From the NCBI GenBank assembly GCA_041738345.1, contig JBGSPX010000031.1, forward strand, positions 62 through 64,061: a stretch of DNA of 64,000 bases. The letters run 5' to 3'. Position numbers and translations under genes: made by a program. Source of the DNA: Proteocatella sp. GTDB taxonomy: Bacteria > Bacillota > Clostridia > Peptostreptococcales > Filifactoraceae. Shown piece by piece: positions 7,649 to 16,091 of this stretch (its first letter is position 1; the number at the start of each line of letters is the position of its first letter). The notes under the pieces are model-generated. The model did not search any database and was not told the origin of the DNA. It worked only from the letters and a program-made list of their open reading frames with translations.

Positions 7649-9034
7649 ATGAGAACTAAGGTAAAAACTAATGAATGTATAAGTTCAAAAACATTTTTAG
7701 ATTCCATAATACATTCTACAAACGAAATGGTGGTACTTGTAAATATAGAGGGCTACATAGAAGAAATAAGTGAAGCCTATGCAGATTTCTTAGGAATAAG
7801 AAGAGAAGTAGCGATAGGAAGACCTGTTGGTGAAGTTATAGAAAATACAAGGCTTATAGATGTAGTTAATACAGGGGTGCCAGAAATAGAATCGACGCAA
7901 AAGATAAATGGAAAAAATATGATAGCAACTAGAATGCCTATAAAAGAAGATGGGAGAGTTGTAGGTGCATTTGGAAGAGTTTTATTTAAAGATATAGATG
8001 ATTTAAAAAAACTATATGAAAAAATAAATAAAATGACTACAGAGTTAAATCTTTACAAGAGCCGATTCATAAAAATGAATTCATCAAAATATAATTTAGA
8101 AAATATAATTGGTACGAGTAAAAGTATTAAAAATCTTAAAAAAACTATAAATATCATAGCGAAAACAAATTCCAATGTATTAATACTTGGAGAAAGTGGT
8201 ACCGGAAAGGAACTTTTTGCACATTCAGTACATAGCTCAAGTAAAAGAAAAGATAAACCATTTATTTGCATAAATTGTGGCTCTATACCACCAGAGCTTA
8301 TAGAATCGGAACTTTTTGGGTATGAAGAAGGGGCATTTACTGGAGCTAAAAAAGGTGGGAAAATAGGTCTTTTTCAAGCTGCAAATTCGGGAACTATATT
8401 TTTAGATGAAATAGGAGACCTTCCTATGGCGATGCAGGTCAAATTGCTTAGATTTTTGCAAGATAGAGAAATTCAAAAAGTGGGTTCAAATGTCAGAGAA
8501 CAAGTAGATGTTAGAATCGTTGCAGCAACTAATAAAAATTTAGAAAATATGGTTAGAAATGGTGAATTTAGAGCAGATTTATATTACAGGTTAAATGTTA
8601 TAACCATTGAAATACCTCCGCTTAGAGTAAGAAAAGAAGATATCTCGCCGCTTGCAGAATTTTTAATAACAAAACTTTCAAATAAAGAGGAATTAAAAAC
8701 TAAAAAAATCTCCGATAAAGCTTTGGACTGCTTAAAAACATATGATTGGCCTGGAAACGTAAGAGAATTAGAAAATGTACTTGAAAGAGCTATAAATTTT
8801 TTAGGAGAAGACCATATTATACTTCCAGAACATCTTCCTAAATTTTTAACAGGAATAGATTCTTCTCAAGACTGTTCAAAAAAATTAAAAGATATAGTTG
8901 ATGATGCCGAAAAAAATGCTATAGTAAATTCACTTATACATAATAATAACAACAAGAGTAGTGCCGCCAATGCTTTAGGAATAAGTAGAACAAGTCTTTA
9001 TGAAAAAATGAAAAAATATGGAATTAATGAATGA
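7649..9034 (+). CDS. Sigma-54-dependent transcriptional activator (PAS - AAA+ - Fis-type HTH)
   Basis: Walker A GESGTGKE, the sigma-54 contact loop EGAFTGA (GAFTGA motif), Walker B FLDEIGD, R-finger region, C-terminal HTH (AANALGISRTSLYEKMKKYGI) and an N-terminal PAS-like region. The RBS is GGGAGGG. Confidence 0.9.
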   Translation: MRTKVKTNECISSKTFLDSIIHSTNEMVVLVNIEGYIEEISEAYADFLGIRREVAIGRPVGEVIENTRLIDVVNTGVPEIESTQKINGKNMIATRMPIKEDGRVVGAFGRVLFKDIDDLKKLYEKINKMTTELNLYKSRFIKMNSSKYNLENIIGTSKSIKNLKKTINIIAKTNSNVLILGESGTGKELFAHSVHSSSKRKDKPFICINCGSIPPELIESELFGYEEGAFTGAKKGGKIGLFQAANSGTIFLDEIGDLPMAMQVKLLRFLQDREIQKVGSNVREQVDVRIVAATNKNLENMVRNGEFRADLYYRLNVITIEIPPLRVRKEDISPLAEFLITKLSNKEELKTKKISDKALDCLKTYDWPGNVRELENVLERAINFLGEDHIILPEHLPKFLTGIDSSQDCSKKLKDIVDDAEKNAIVNSLIHNNNNKSSAANALGISRTSLYEKMKKYGINE

Positions 9035-9133
9035 AAATACAAAATTGTACGAATAATTTGACAGTTTTTACGCTAATAATGGAATATGTAAGCAAAAGCG
9101 TACACATTCCATTGATGAAATTACACTTTTGTA

Positions 9134-9193
9134 AACATATCCTTACACTTTTTAGTGAAATGTACTAAAAAGTTCTGAGGATATGTTTTTTTT
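9134..9193 (+). terminator. Long hairpin plus T-run: terminator of the activator gene, possibly also an activator binding site
   Basis: AACATATCC (9134-9142) pairs with GGATATGTT (9179-9187). An inner stem is ACTTTTTAGT / ACTAAAAAGT. A T8 run follows. Confidence 0.55.
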
Positions 9194-9251
9194 AATGAAG
9201 ACTATTGTAATAAGTAACTAAAACCAAGCTTTTTAAAAATGAATTTAAAAT

Positions 9252-9267
9252 TGGCAAGGAATTTGCT
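9252..9267 (+). promoter_or_regulatory. Sigma-54 (-24/-12) promoter
   Basis: TGGCAAGGAATTTGCT fits TGGCAC-N5-TTGCW, with GG and GC at the exact 10-nt spacing. It sits ~50 nt upstream of the dehydrogenase ATG and next to a sigma-54 activator gene. Confidence 0.75.
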
Positions 9268-9316
9268 TATATTAAGAATCAAGATATTATTTACATATAT
9301 AGAAAGGTGGATTTTT

Positions 9317-10078
9317 ATGTTAAATTCAAAAGTAAGTATAGTCACAGGTGGAGCCAGCGGAATAGGCCTTGCTATAGCTAAAATGCTTTCAAAAGAAGGC
9401 TCAAAAGTAGTTATTGCAGATATAAGTGAAGCACAATTAGTAGAGGTATCAAAAGAATTAAATTGTGATTACTATGTATCAGATCTTAGTAAGAGAGCTG
9501 CTTGCAAGGCACTTGTAGACTATACCATAGAAAAATATTCAAAGGTAGACATCCTTGTAAATGTGGCAGGCGTTCAAAATGTAAGCAGTATAGAGGATTT
9601 TTCGGAAGATAAGTGGGATTTTATGATTAGTTTAATGCTGACTGCACCATTCCTACTGACTAAATATGTATGGTCATCAATGAAGTCTCAGGGCTGGGGA
9701 AGAATAATAAATCTGGATTCAATACATGGTCTTGTAGCATCAGAATATAAATCGGCATACGTATCAGCTAAGCATGGACTTATTGGACTTACAAAGACAG
9801 CTGCATTAGAAGGTGGGGCAGATGGAATAACAGTAAATGCTATATGCCCAGCCTATGTAAGAACGCCTCTTGTAGATAATCAGATAGAAGCTCAAGCTAA
9901 AAATCATGGTATCAGTAAGGATGAGGTGGTAAGTAAGATAATGCTTCAAAAATCAGCAATTAAGACTTTAATAGAACCAGACTCAGTAGCACAAACGGTA
10001 AAATTTCTTTGTTCAGATGCCGCAAGTCATATAACAGGTTCAGCGCTTACTATGGATGGCGGTTGGACTGCGGGTTAA
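9317..10078 (+). CDS. 3-hydroxybutyrate dehydrogenase (short-chain dehydrogenase/reductase)
   Basis: Start moved to MLNSKVSIVTGGASGIGLAIA (RBS AAAGGTGG), because the longer ORF would span the sigma-54 promoter. SDR motifs TGGASGIG, NVAG and YVSAK are present. NAICPAYVRTPLVDNQI is typical of BdhA-type enzymes. Confidence 0.85.
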   Translation: MLNSKVSIVTGGASGIGLAIAKMLSKEGSKVVIADISEAQLVEVSKELNCDYYVSDLSKRAACKALVDYTIEKYSKVDILVNVAGVQNVSSIEDFSEDKWDFMISLMLTAPFLLTKYVWSSMKSQGWGRIINLDSIHGLVASEYKSAYVSAKHGLIGLTKTAALEGGADGITVNAICPAYVRTPLVDNQIEAQAKNHGISKDEVVSKIMLQKSAIKTLIEPDSVAQTVKFLCSDAASHITGSALTMDGGWTAG

Positions 10079-10101
10079 TAAAATAAGAGGAGGAATATTT
10101 T

Positions 10102-11487
10102 ATGATAGGTGTATTAGGTATTGTTTTATCACTAGGCTTGTTGATGTTTTTGGCGTATAGAGGGATTTCAGTTATACTTCTAGCTCCAATTTTAGCACTT
10201 TTTGCGGTGTTTTTAGGAAGCTTTGCATCAGGAGATGCACATTTGATGGCTACATATACAGAAGTGTTTATGGTGAGTTTAGGGGGATATGTAAAATCTT
10301 ATTTTCCAGTATTCTTACTAGGCGCACTTTTTGGAAAACTTATGGATGATTCAGGGTCTGCGCAAGCAATATCTGAATTTATAGTTAAAAAAATAGGTAA
10401 AAAAAGAGAAGTGCTAGCAATTGTACTTTCTTGTGCAGTACTTACTTATGGAGGAGTATCTTTATTCGTAGTGGCATTTGCAGCATATCCTATAGCAGCC
10501 GCATTATTTAGAGAGTCAAATCTTCCAAAAAGATTTATACCAGCTTGTATTGCACTTGGAGCATTTACATTTACTATGACAGGACTTCCAGGAACCCCTC
10601 AAATTCAAAATGCAATTCCAATGCAATTTTTTGGGACAGATGCATATGCAGCCCCTATACTTGGAATTGTAGCATCTGCAATAATGTTTGGAGGCGGTTT
10701 ATTTTGGATTACTTCTAGAATAAAAAAAGCGGTAGAAAAAGGTGAAGGTTATGGTGAACATAAAAATGAAAACATTGTGGTAGTAAATAAAGCAAATATT
10801 CCAAGCTTTATTTCAGCTATAGCACCAATACTTATAGTACTTGTAGCGAATTTTGTTATCTCAAGATATATAATTCCTATGAGAGATAGTAGTTATTTAG
10901 AAGCATATGGAACTGTTATAGGAAAAGTTAGTGGAAACTGGTCACTTATAATAGCCTTAATATTAGCAATTCTAGCTACTATGGCAATTAATTATAAACG
11001 TTTTGACAATCTTCTTGCATCAATAAATAATGGAGTTCAAGGCTCGTTTTTGGCTATAATGAACACCGCTTCAGAGGTTGGATATGGAAATGTAATATCA
11101 GGACTGGCAGCATTTGGTATGGTAAAAATGTTCTTACTTGGAATATCAAATAATCCCCTAATATCAGAAGCTATTTCAGTTTCGGTGCTTGCGGGAATAA
11201 CTGGCTCTGCTTCAGGAGGACTTAGTATCGCACTTTCTACACTTGGAGATACGTTTCTTGCAACAGCAAAGGAAATTGGCCTAAATCCGCAGGTACTTCA
11301 TAGAGTAGCATCTATAGCTTGTGGAGGGCTTGATACTCTTCCTCATAACGGCGCGGTAATCACGCTACTTGGGATAACAGGACTTACGCATAGACAGTCA
11401 TATGCGGATATAGGAATGTGTACGGTTGTAATACCTACGATTGCAGTTATTGTTATAATTATATTGGGCTCATTAGGAATAGTATAG
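10102..11487 (+). CDS. GntP-family (gluconate:H+ symporter-like) permease, candidate hydroxy-acid importer
   Basis: 461 aa with ~12 TM segments and the GntP-like terminal motif GGLDTLPHNGAVITLL. Confidence 0.8.
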   Translation: MIGVLGIVLSLGLLMFLAYRGISVILLAPILALFAVFLGSFASGDAHLMATYTEVFMVSLGGYVKSYFPVFLLGALFGKLMDDSGSAQAISEFIVKKIGKKREVLAIVLSCAVLTYGGVSLFVVAFAAYPIAAALFRESNLPKRFIPACIALGAFTFTMTGLPGTPQIQNAIPMQFFGTDAYAAPILGIVASAIMFGGGLFWITSRIKKAVEKGEGYGEHKNENIVVVNKANIPSFISAIAPILIVLVANFVISRYIIPMRDSSYLEAYGTVIGKVSGNWSLIIALILAILATMAINYKRFDNLLASINNGVQGSFLAIMNTASEVGYGNVISGLAAFGMVKMFLLGISNNPLISEAISVSVLAGITGSASGGLSIALSTLGDTFLATAKEIGLNPQVLHRVASIACGGLDTLPHNGAVITLLGITGLTHRQSYADIGMCTVVIPTIAVIVIIILGSLGIV

Positions 11488-11496
11488 GAGGCAGTT

Positions 11497-12444
11497 ATGA
11501 AATTAGAAGACATTAAAAAAGTTGCAATTGCAGGCGCTGGAGTTATGGGTTCATCTATGGCACAGAGTTTTGCACAATATGGATATGAGGTAATGCTTTA
11601 TGATTTGAAAAATGAATTTCTAGATAGGAGTAAAAATCTTATAGAGATAAATCAAAAAACTTCTGTGGAAAAAGAAATTCTTACCTCAAAAGAGTCTGAG
11701 GAATTGATTAATAGGATAAGTTTTACTTGTGAAAAAGCAGACTTTAAAAATGCTGATTTAGTAGTAGAGGCTATAGTGGAAAATTTAGACATAAAGCATA
11801 AGTTTTGGGGGGAGATTTCTGAAATTGTATCTGAAAAGGCAGTGCTTACTACAAATACATCAGGACTATCTATAAGTAAAATTGCAGAAGCTGTAAAGCT
11901 ACCAGAAAGATTTTGTGGGATGCACTGGATAAATCCGCCACACATAATTCCACTTATAGAAGTTATAAATGGAGATAAAACTGAAGCTAAAACTTCACAG
12001 CTTGTGTATGATATATCAAATCATATTGGAAAGAAACCTATAATGATAAACAAGGATGCAGCTGGATTTGTTTTAAATAGATTTCAATTTGCAATATTAA
12101 GAGAAGCTATGCATATAATAGAGCAGGGAATTGCAAGCAAAGAAGATATAGATAATGTATTTAAATATGGACTGGGCTTAAGATACGCTTGTCTTGGACC
12201 TCTTGAAATAGCAGATTTAGGAGGGCTCGATACCTTCTATAATATATCATCGTATCTTTTCAAAGACCTTAGCGACAGTAAGGAAGTGTCTGATATACTT
12301 TCAAACCTTGCAGAAAATGGAGATTATGGGGTAAAAAGTGGACGTGGATTTTACGATTATTCAAATGGCAGAGATAAAGAAGTTATAAAAAAACGAGATG
12401 AAGATTTTTATAAAGTATCCCAATGTTTGTTTGGAAAAGCATAG
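11497..12444 (+). CDS. 3-hydroxyacyl(-CoA) dehydrogenase family protein (Hbd / L-carnitine-dehydrogenase-like)
   Basis: Rossmann motif VAIAGAGVMGSSMA, then TNTSGLSIS and HWINPPHIIPLIEV (the typical HFFNP-type motif), and the C-terminal dimerisation domain GFVLNRFQ. Confidence 0.85.
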   Translation: MKLEDIKKVAIAGAGVMGSSMAQSFAQYGYEVMLYDLKNEFLDRSKNLIEINQKTSVEKEILTSKESEELINRISFTCEKADFKNADLVVEAIVENLDIKHKFWGEISEIVSEKAVLTTNTSGLSISKIAEAVKLPERFCGMHWINPPHIIPLIEVINGDKTEAKTSQLVYDISNHIGKKPIMINKDAAGFVLNRFQFAILREAMHIIEQGIASKEDIDNVFKYGLGLRYACLGPLEIADLGGLDTFYNISSYLFKDLSDSKEVSDILSNLAENGDYGVKSGRGFYDYSNGRDKEVIKKRDEDFYKVSQCLFGKA

Positions 12445-12466
12445 AGAATATTAAATATAAGAATTT

Positions 12467-12498
12467 TGAGGAAGCTGAGAAAAAGGCTTCCTTTTTCT
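12467..12498 (+). terminator. Rho-independent terminator of the sigma-54 operon
   Basis: Stem GAGGAAGC / GCTTCCT followed by TTTTT. Confidence 0.7.
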
Positions 12499-12599
12499 GT
12501 ACTCTATAAATTAAAAAAATCTGACCATTTGCAAGAGTGCAGTTTGAGAGTAATATTATATTACAGCGCTGAAAATAATAATATAGGATAGGTGATTTT

Positions 12600-13139
12600 A
12601 TGGAAACTAATAAGGGAAGTATTAGAAATACAACAAATACAAAAAATATTATAATTAATGGTTTATTTATAGCGCTTACATTAGTAGCAACTATGTTTAT
12701 TAATGTGAGATTGCCACTTATGGGAAGTGGAGGGTTAATTCATTTAGGAAATGTACCTCTTTTTATAGCAGCAATTGTTTATGGCAAAAAAACGGGAGCT
12801 ATAGCAGGGGCTTTTGGAATGGGGCTTTTTGATATAATATCTGGGTGGACGCTTTGGGCACCATTTACTTTTGTAATATGTGGAGCAATAGGATATACTG
12901 TGGGACTTATAGTTGAAAAAAGTGAAAAATGTAATTACATAAATTATATATTAGCTATTGTAGTAGCTTGTACTATAAAGGTAGTGGGATATTATTTTGC
13001 AGAAGTGATGCTTTATGGAAACTGGGTAGCACCTTTTGGTTCAGTACCTGGAAATATAATGCAGATTACAGCCGCAGGTATATTGGTTATGCCTATTGCG
13101 CAAAAACTAAAAAATATACTTGGAAATGGAGGACGATAA
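12600..13139 (+). CDS. ECF-transporter substrate-specific (S) component, substrate unknown
   Basis: 179 aa with ~6 TM segments. The motifs GGLIHLGNVPLFIAAIVYGKKTGAIAGAFGMGLFD and WAPFTF are typical of ECF S components. Confidence 0.75.
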   Translation: METNKGSIRNTTNTKNIIINGLFIALTLVATMFINVRLPLMGSGGLIHLGNVPLFIAAIVYGKKTGAIAGAFGMGLFDIISGWTLWAPFTFVICGAIGYTVGLIVEKSEKCNYINYILAIVVACTIKVVGYYFAEVMLYGNWVAPFGSVPGNIMQITAAGILVMPIAQKLKNILGNGGR

Positions 13140-13140
13140 A

Positions 13141-14268
13141 ATGCTTAAAATTATGACTCCAGGACCTACGCAGGTAAGAGAAAATGTAAGATTAAAGCGA
13201 AGTTTAGAAACGACAAATCCAGATTTGGATTTAAGGTTTTATGACTTTTATAAAAATACTTGTGAGAAGATAAGCAGTATACTAGGTACTGAAAATCGTT
13301 CATTTATAATGAGTGGAGAGGCTATTTTAGGGCTTGAAGCAGCTTGTGCGTCTTTGACTGAAAAAGAAGATAGAGTTCTAGTTATAGACAATGGAATATT
13401 TGGAAGAGGCTTTGGAGAGTTTGTAGAGCTTTATGGCGGGAATCCAATTTATTTTGAAAGTGATTATACTAAACCTGTAGATATACTAAAACTAGAAGCA
13501 TATTTAAAAACAGATTCAAATTTCAAATATGCTACAGTAGTTCATTGCGATACTCCTAGTGGGGTCATAAATGATATTGAAAGCATATGTAACTTACTCA
13601 ACAAATACAATATAATATCTGTTGTAGATTCGGTATCTGGGATGTTTGGGGAAAAAATAAATATTGATAAAAGTAAGATTGATATATTATGTGGAGGATC
13701 TCAAAAAGCCCTTTCTGCACCAGTAGGATTAACGTTTATAACCGTAAGTGATAAAGCGTTAGATTATATGAAAAATAGAAGTAGTAAAATATCATCATTT
13801 TATGCTAATATATTAAATTTTGAAAATTACTATGAGACAAAATGGTTTCCATACTCAATGCCTATAAGTGATATAGTTGGATTAGACCAAGCACTAGATA
13901 ATGTAATTCAAGATGAAGATTTTTGTAAAAGACATCAAAAAATTGCAGAGGCTACAAGGTCTGCTATAATGAAATCAGGATTAGAATTATATTTAGAAAG
14001 TGGATTTTCAAATACCGTTACAGTAATAAGTGTTCCAGAAACTTTAAGGGACTTTGACATTCTAAATATTATGAAAGAAAAATATAATGTTATGATTGCA
14101 GGTTGCTTTGGGTACTTAGCTGGAAAAGTTTTTAGAATAGGGCATATGGGCGAAAATGCAAATATAAAAGATATGTGTCTTACTTTTGAAGCTCTTCAGA
14201 ATACCTTTAAAGATTTAAATTATGATTTGGAATGTAACTTAAAAGAAGAATTTTTAAAAAATTTATAA
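13141..14268 (+). CDS. Class V (serine-pyruvate / alanine-glyoxylate type) aminotransferase
   Basis: Start placed at MLKIMTPGPTQV (RBS GGAGGA), 1 nt after the S-component stop. The family N-terminus TPGPT and the PLP-lysine motif GGSQKALSAPVGL are present. Confidence 0.85.
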   Translation: MLKIMTPGPTQVRENVRLKRSLETTNPDLDLRFYDFYKNTCEKISSILGTENRSFIMSGEAILGLEAACASLTEKEDRVLVIDNGIFGRGFGEFVELYGGNPIYFESDYTKPVDILKLEAYLKTDSNFKYATVVHCDTPSGVINDIESICNLLNKYNIISVVDSVSGMFGEKINIDKSKIDILCGGSQKALSAPVGLTFITVSDKALDYMKNRSSKISSFYANILNFENYYETKWFPYSMPISDIVGLDQALDNVIQDEDFCKRHQKIAEATRSAIMKSGLELYLESGFSNTVTVISVPETLRDFDILNIMKEKYNVMIAGCFGYLAGKVFRIGHMGENANIKDMCLTFEALQNTFKDLNYDLECNLKEEFLKNL

Positions 14269-14275
14269 TAAATCT

Positions 14276-14310
14276 AAAAAACATATACTTTTTTAAGGTG
14301 TATGTTTTTT
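14276..14310 (+). terminator. Rho-independent terminator
   Basis: AAAAACATATAC / GTGTATGTTTTT hairpin with a T-run. Confidence 0.65.
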
Positions 14311-14382
14311 GTTTACCAAAGTAAGATAGTAGGGTATAATTATTCTAAAGCTTTAAGTTAGGATTTTAGAGGAGAAAATAGT

Positions 14383-15651
14383 ATGAATTTCATTAGAAAA
14401 AAAATTAGTGTATGGCTTTGTTTGATTTTGTGTCTTAACCCAATTATAGGGCATGCGGATTCTGAGTTTCCAGTTTATACTGTAGATCAAACTAGAGATG
14501 TATTTTTAGGAGAGCTCTCATCTAAAATAAATAGCCAGGAAAAAAATGAGATTACAGATATAGTCAAAAATTGGAAAAGCTATTATGATTTAAGACTAAA
14601 AGCAGATGTTGGAATACCGTCAGAAAAAGAAATATTACTGATGGAAAATCTAAATTCAAAACTGGATAAGTATACTGAAAAATATTTATTAGAAGAGTCA
14701 GAGTATGATTACGAAGAAGAGAATGAAAAATATAAAAACTATGTAGTTGAAAGACTAAAGAGTATAGTTTCGCTAGAGGACTATAACAAACTATATGAGC
14801 TTTGTTCAAAATATGAAGCATATGATACGGAAGAAGATGATTTAGATAAAGTTGTAAGTAGCATAGAATCTATTTTGAAAAAATATAGTAAGCTTAATTC
14901 TGAGGAAATAATGCAGTATATTCTAAGTGGCTCTGAAAACATTTTGGCTATATATGAAATTGATGGAATCAATTTAATAAATAAACCAATTCCATTTGTA
15001 ACTCTTGAGAAAAGTGATTCAAGAGTTATAAACGACTACCCTAAGTTATGGAAAGAAGTTACAAACATAATCCCTCCGAATTATTTTCAAAATTTTGATA
15101 GGCTAATTATAAGTAGTGATGGGAAATATGATGATTTAGCTTATGTTATGGCAACTGATGCCATTGGTTCAAGATGGGATATAAGTATTGACCCAGCTGA
15201 TGTAGAAGATAAAGAATTTTTTTATGAAACAATAATACATGAGTATTTTCATTATATAACTTTAAATGAAACTCAAGGCTCGTATTTTAAAACGCCAAGA
15301 GTTCAAACTTATTCGGATTATGATATAGTGACAAATAGTGATTCGTATCTTAATAAATTTAATCAAAAATTTTGGGGAATTCTAAGTGAAGAGTCACCGT
15401 ATGTAAATGATGGATATTTATTTTATCTTAGACATCAAGAGGAGTTCGTAAATTCATATTCATCTACAGTAGTATCAGAAGATATATGTGAGAGCTTTGC
15501 ATTTTTCGTATTAAGAGATAAACCAAAAACAGATACAAAAATAGATAAAAAGCTATTATTTTTCTATGAGTATCCAGAGTTTGTAAAGTTTAGGAATGTG
15601 ATTAGAGAAAATATTAAAAAAATAAATTCAGATTTGCGAATAGCAGCTTAA
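14383..15651 (+). CDS. Secreted protein with a C-terminal HExxH (gluzincin-like) putative metallopeptidase domain
   Basis: Signal peptide MNFIRKKISVWLCLILCLNPIIGHA/DS. A helical, acidic N-terminal half. The zinc motif IIHEYFHYITLNETQ and a downstream SEDICESFAFFV that could supply a third ligand (Glu). Confidence 0.65.
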   Translation: MNFIRKKISVWLCLILCLNPIIGHADSEFPVYTVDQTRDVFLGELSSKINSQEKNEITDIVKNWKSYYDLRLKADVGIPSEKEILLMENLNSKLDKYTEKYLLEESEYDYEEENEKYKNYVVERLKSIVSLEDYNKLYELCSKYEAYDTEEDDLDKVVSSIESILKKYSKLNSEEIMQYILSGSENILAIYEIDGINLINKPIPFVTLEKSDSRVINDYPKLWKEVTNIIPPNYFQNFDRLIISSDGKYDDLAYVMATDAIGSRWDISIDPADVEDKEFFYETIIHEYFHYITLNETQGSYFKTPRVQTYSDYDIVTNSDSYLNKFNQKFWGILSEESPYVNDGYLFYLRHQEEFVNSYSSTVVSEDICESFAFFVLRDKPKTDTKIDKKLLFFYEYPEFVKFRNVIRENIKKINSDLRIAA

Positions 15652-15653
15652 AA

Positions 15654-15683
15654 AAATAACAGGATATATCCTGTTATTTTTTT
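15654..15683. terminator. Bidirectional terminator between convergent genes
   Basis: Perfect palindrome ATAACAGGATAT/ATCCTGTTAT flanked by an A-run and a T-run. It overlaps the stop of the minus-strand GNAT gene. Confidence 0.75.
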
Positions 15684-15949
15684 AATACATCATGAAATTC
15701 AGGGTGATTTTCAAACCACTTTACCGCATAAGAGCATGTTAATACCGCCTTTTTTTCATCTTTACGAAGTTTAAGTGCTAAAGCTTCAATTAATTCAGCC
15801 GCAATACCTTTACCGGACAATGAAGAATCTACGAAGGTATGGTCAATATTTACAACGTTGTCAGTAACTGTAGGATAAGTAACCTCTGCAAGAAGTTCTC
15901 CGGATTCATCTTTTAAATATATTCGATCATTATCAGTAATAAAATTCAT
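15674..15949 (-). CDS. Small GNAT-family N-acetyltransferase (YjdJ-like)
   Basis: 91 aa. HTFVDSSLSGKGIAAELIEALA is an acetyl-CoA binding-loop-like motif (Q/RxxGxG/A). Confidence 0.75.
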   Translation of the reverse strand: MNFITDNDRIYLKDESGELLAEVTYPTVTDNVVNIDHTFVDSSLSGKGIAAELIEALALKLRKDEKKAVLTCSYAVKWFENHPEFHDVLKK

Positions 15950-16021
15950 ACAGTTTCCTCACTTTCTAAATCTAAAAATGCAATTTATTAAATAATACCC
16001 ATTATTATTTTAAAAAATCGG

Positions 16022-16080
16022 TTGACATATATATTATTTGTGGTAATATTTTCATATAGACACCCCCCGGGGGTATAGTA
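16022..16080 (+). promoter_or_regulatory. Sigma-A promoter plus CsoR-type operator of the copper operon
   Basis: TTGACA (16022-16027), 16-nt spacer, TGgTAATAT (extended -10, 16041-16049). This is followed by the GC-rich pseudo-palindrome ATAGACACCCCCCGGGGGTATAGTA (16056-16080), which resembles known CsoR boxes. Confidence 0.6.
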
Positions 16081-16091
16081 TGGAGGATAAT

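Noticed and set aside
7519-7707. A 62-aa minus-strand ORF in the divergent promoter region between the ArAE gene and the sigma-54 activator.
   Set aside because: It overlaps the start of the activator gene, lies in very AT-rich promoter DNA, and has no RBS or motif.
9239-9316. Longer N-terminal extensions proposed by the ORF track, at 9239, 13120, 16080, 20606, 22108, 45132, 49398, 50447, 52261, 52961 and 55675.
   Set aside because: The extensions overlap upstream genes or regulatory sites; for example, 9239 reads through the sigma-54 promoter. They add non-conserved residues. Each case has an internal start with a good RBS that gives the canonical family N-terminus.
12499-12599. A possible vitamin riboswitch (TPP, THF, preQ1 or FMN) in front of the ECF S-component, and a TPP riboswitch in front of the thiD operon (2745-2843).
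   Set aside because: None of the conserved aptamer cores could be found by eye. I saw no CTGAGA...ACCTGATCTGGATAATGCCAGC, no FMN AGGATAGT...GGGCAGGGT-type core and no preQ1 tail. Only promoter-like hexamers are present. A covariance-model scan would be needed for certainty.
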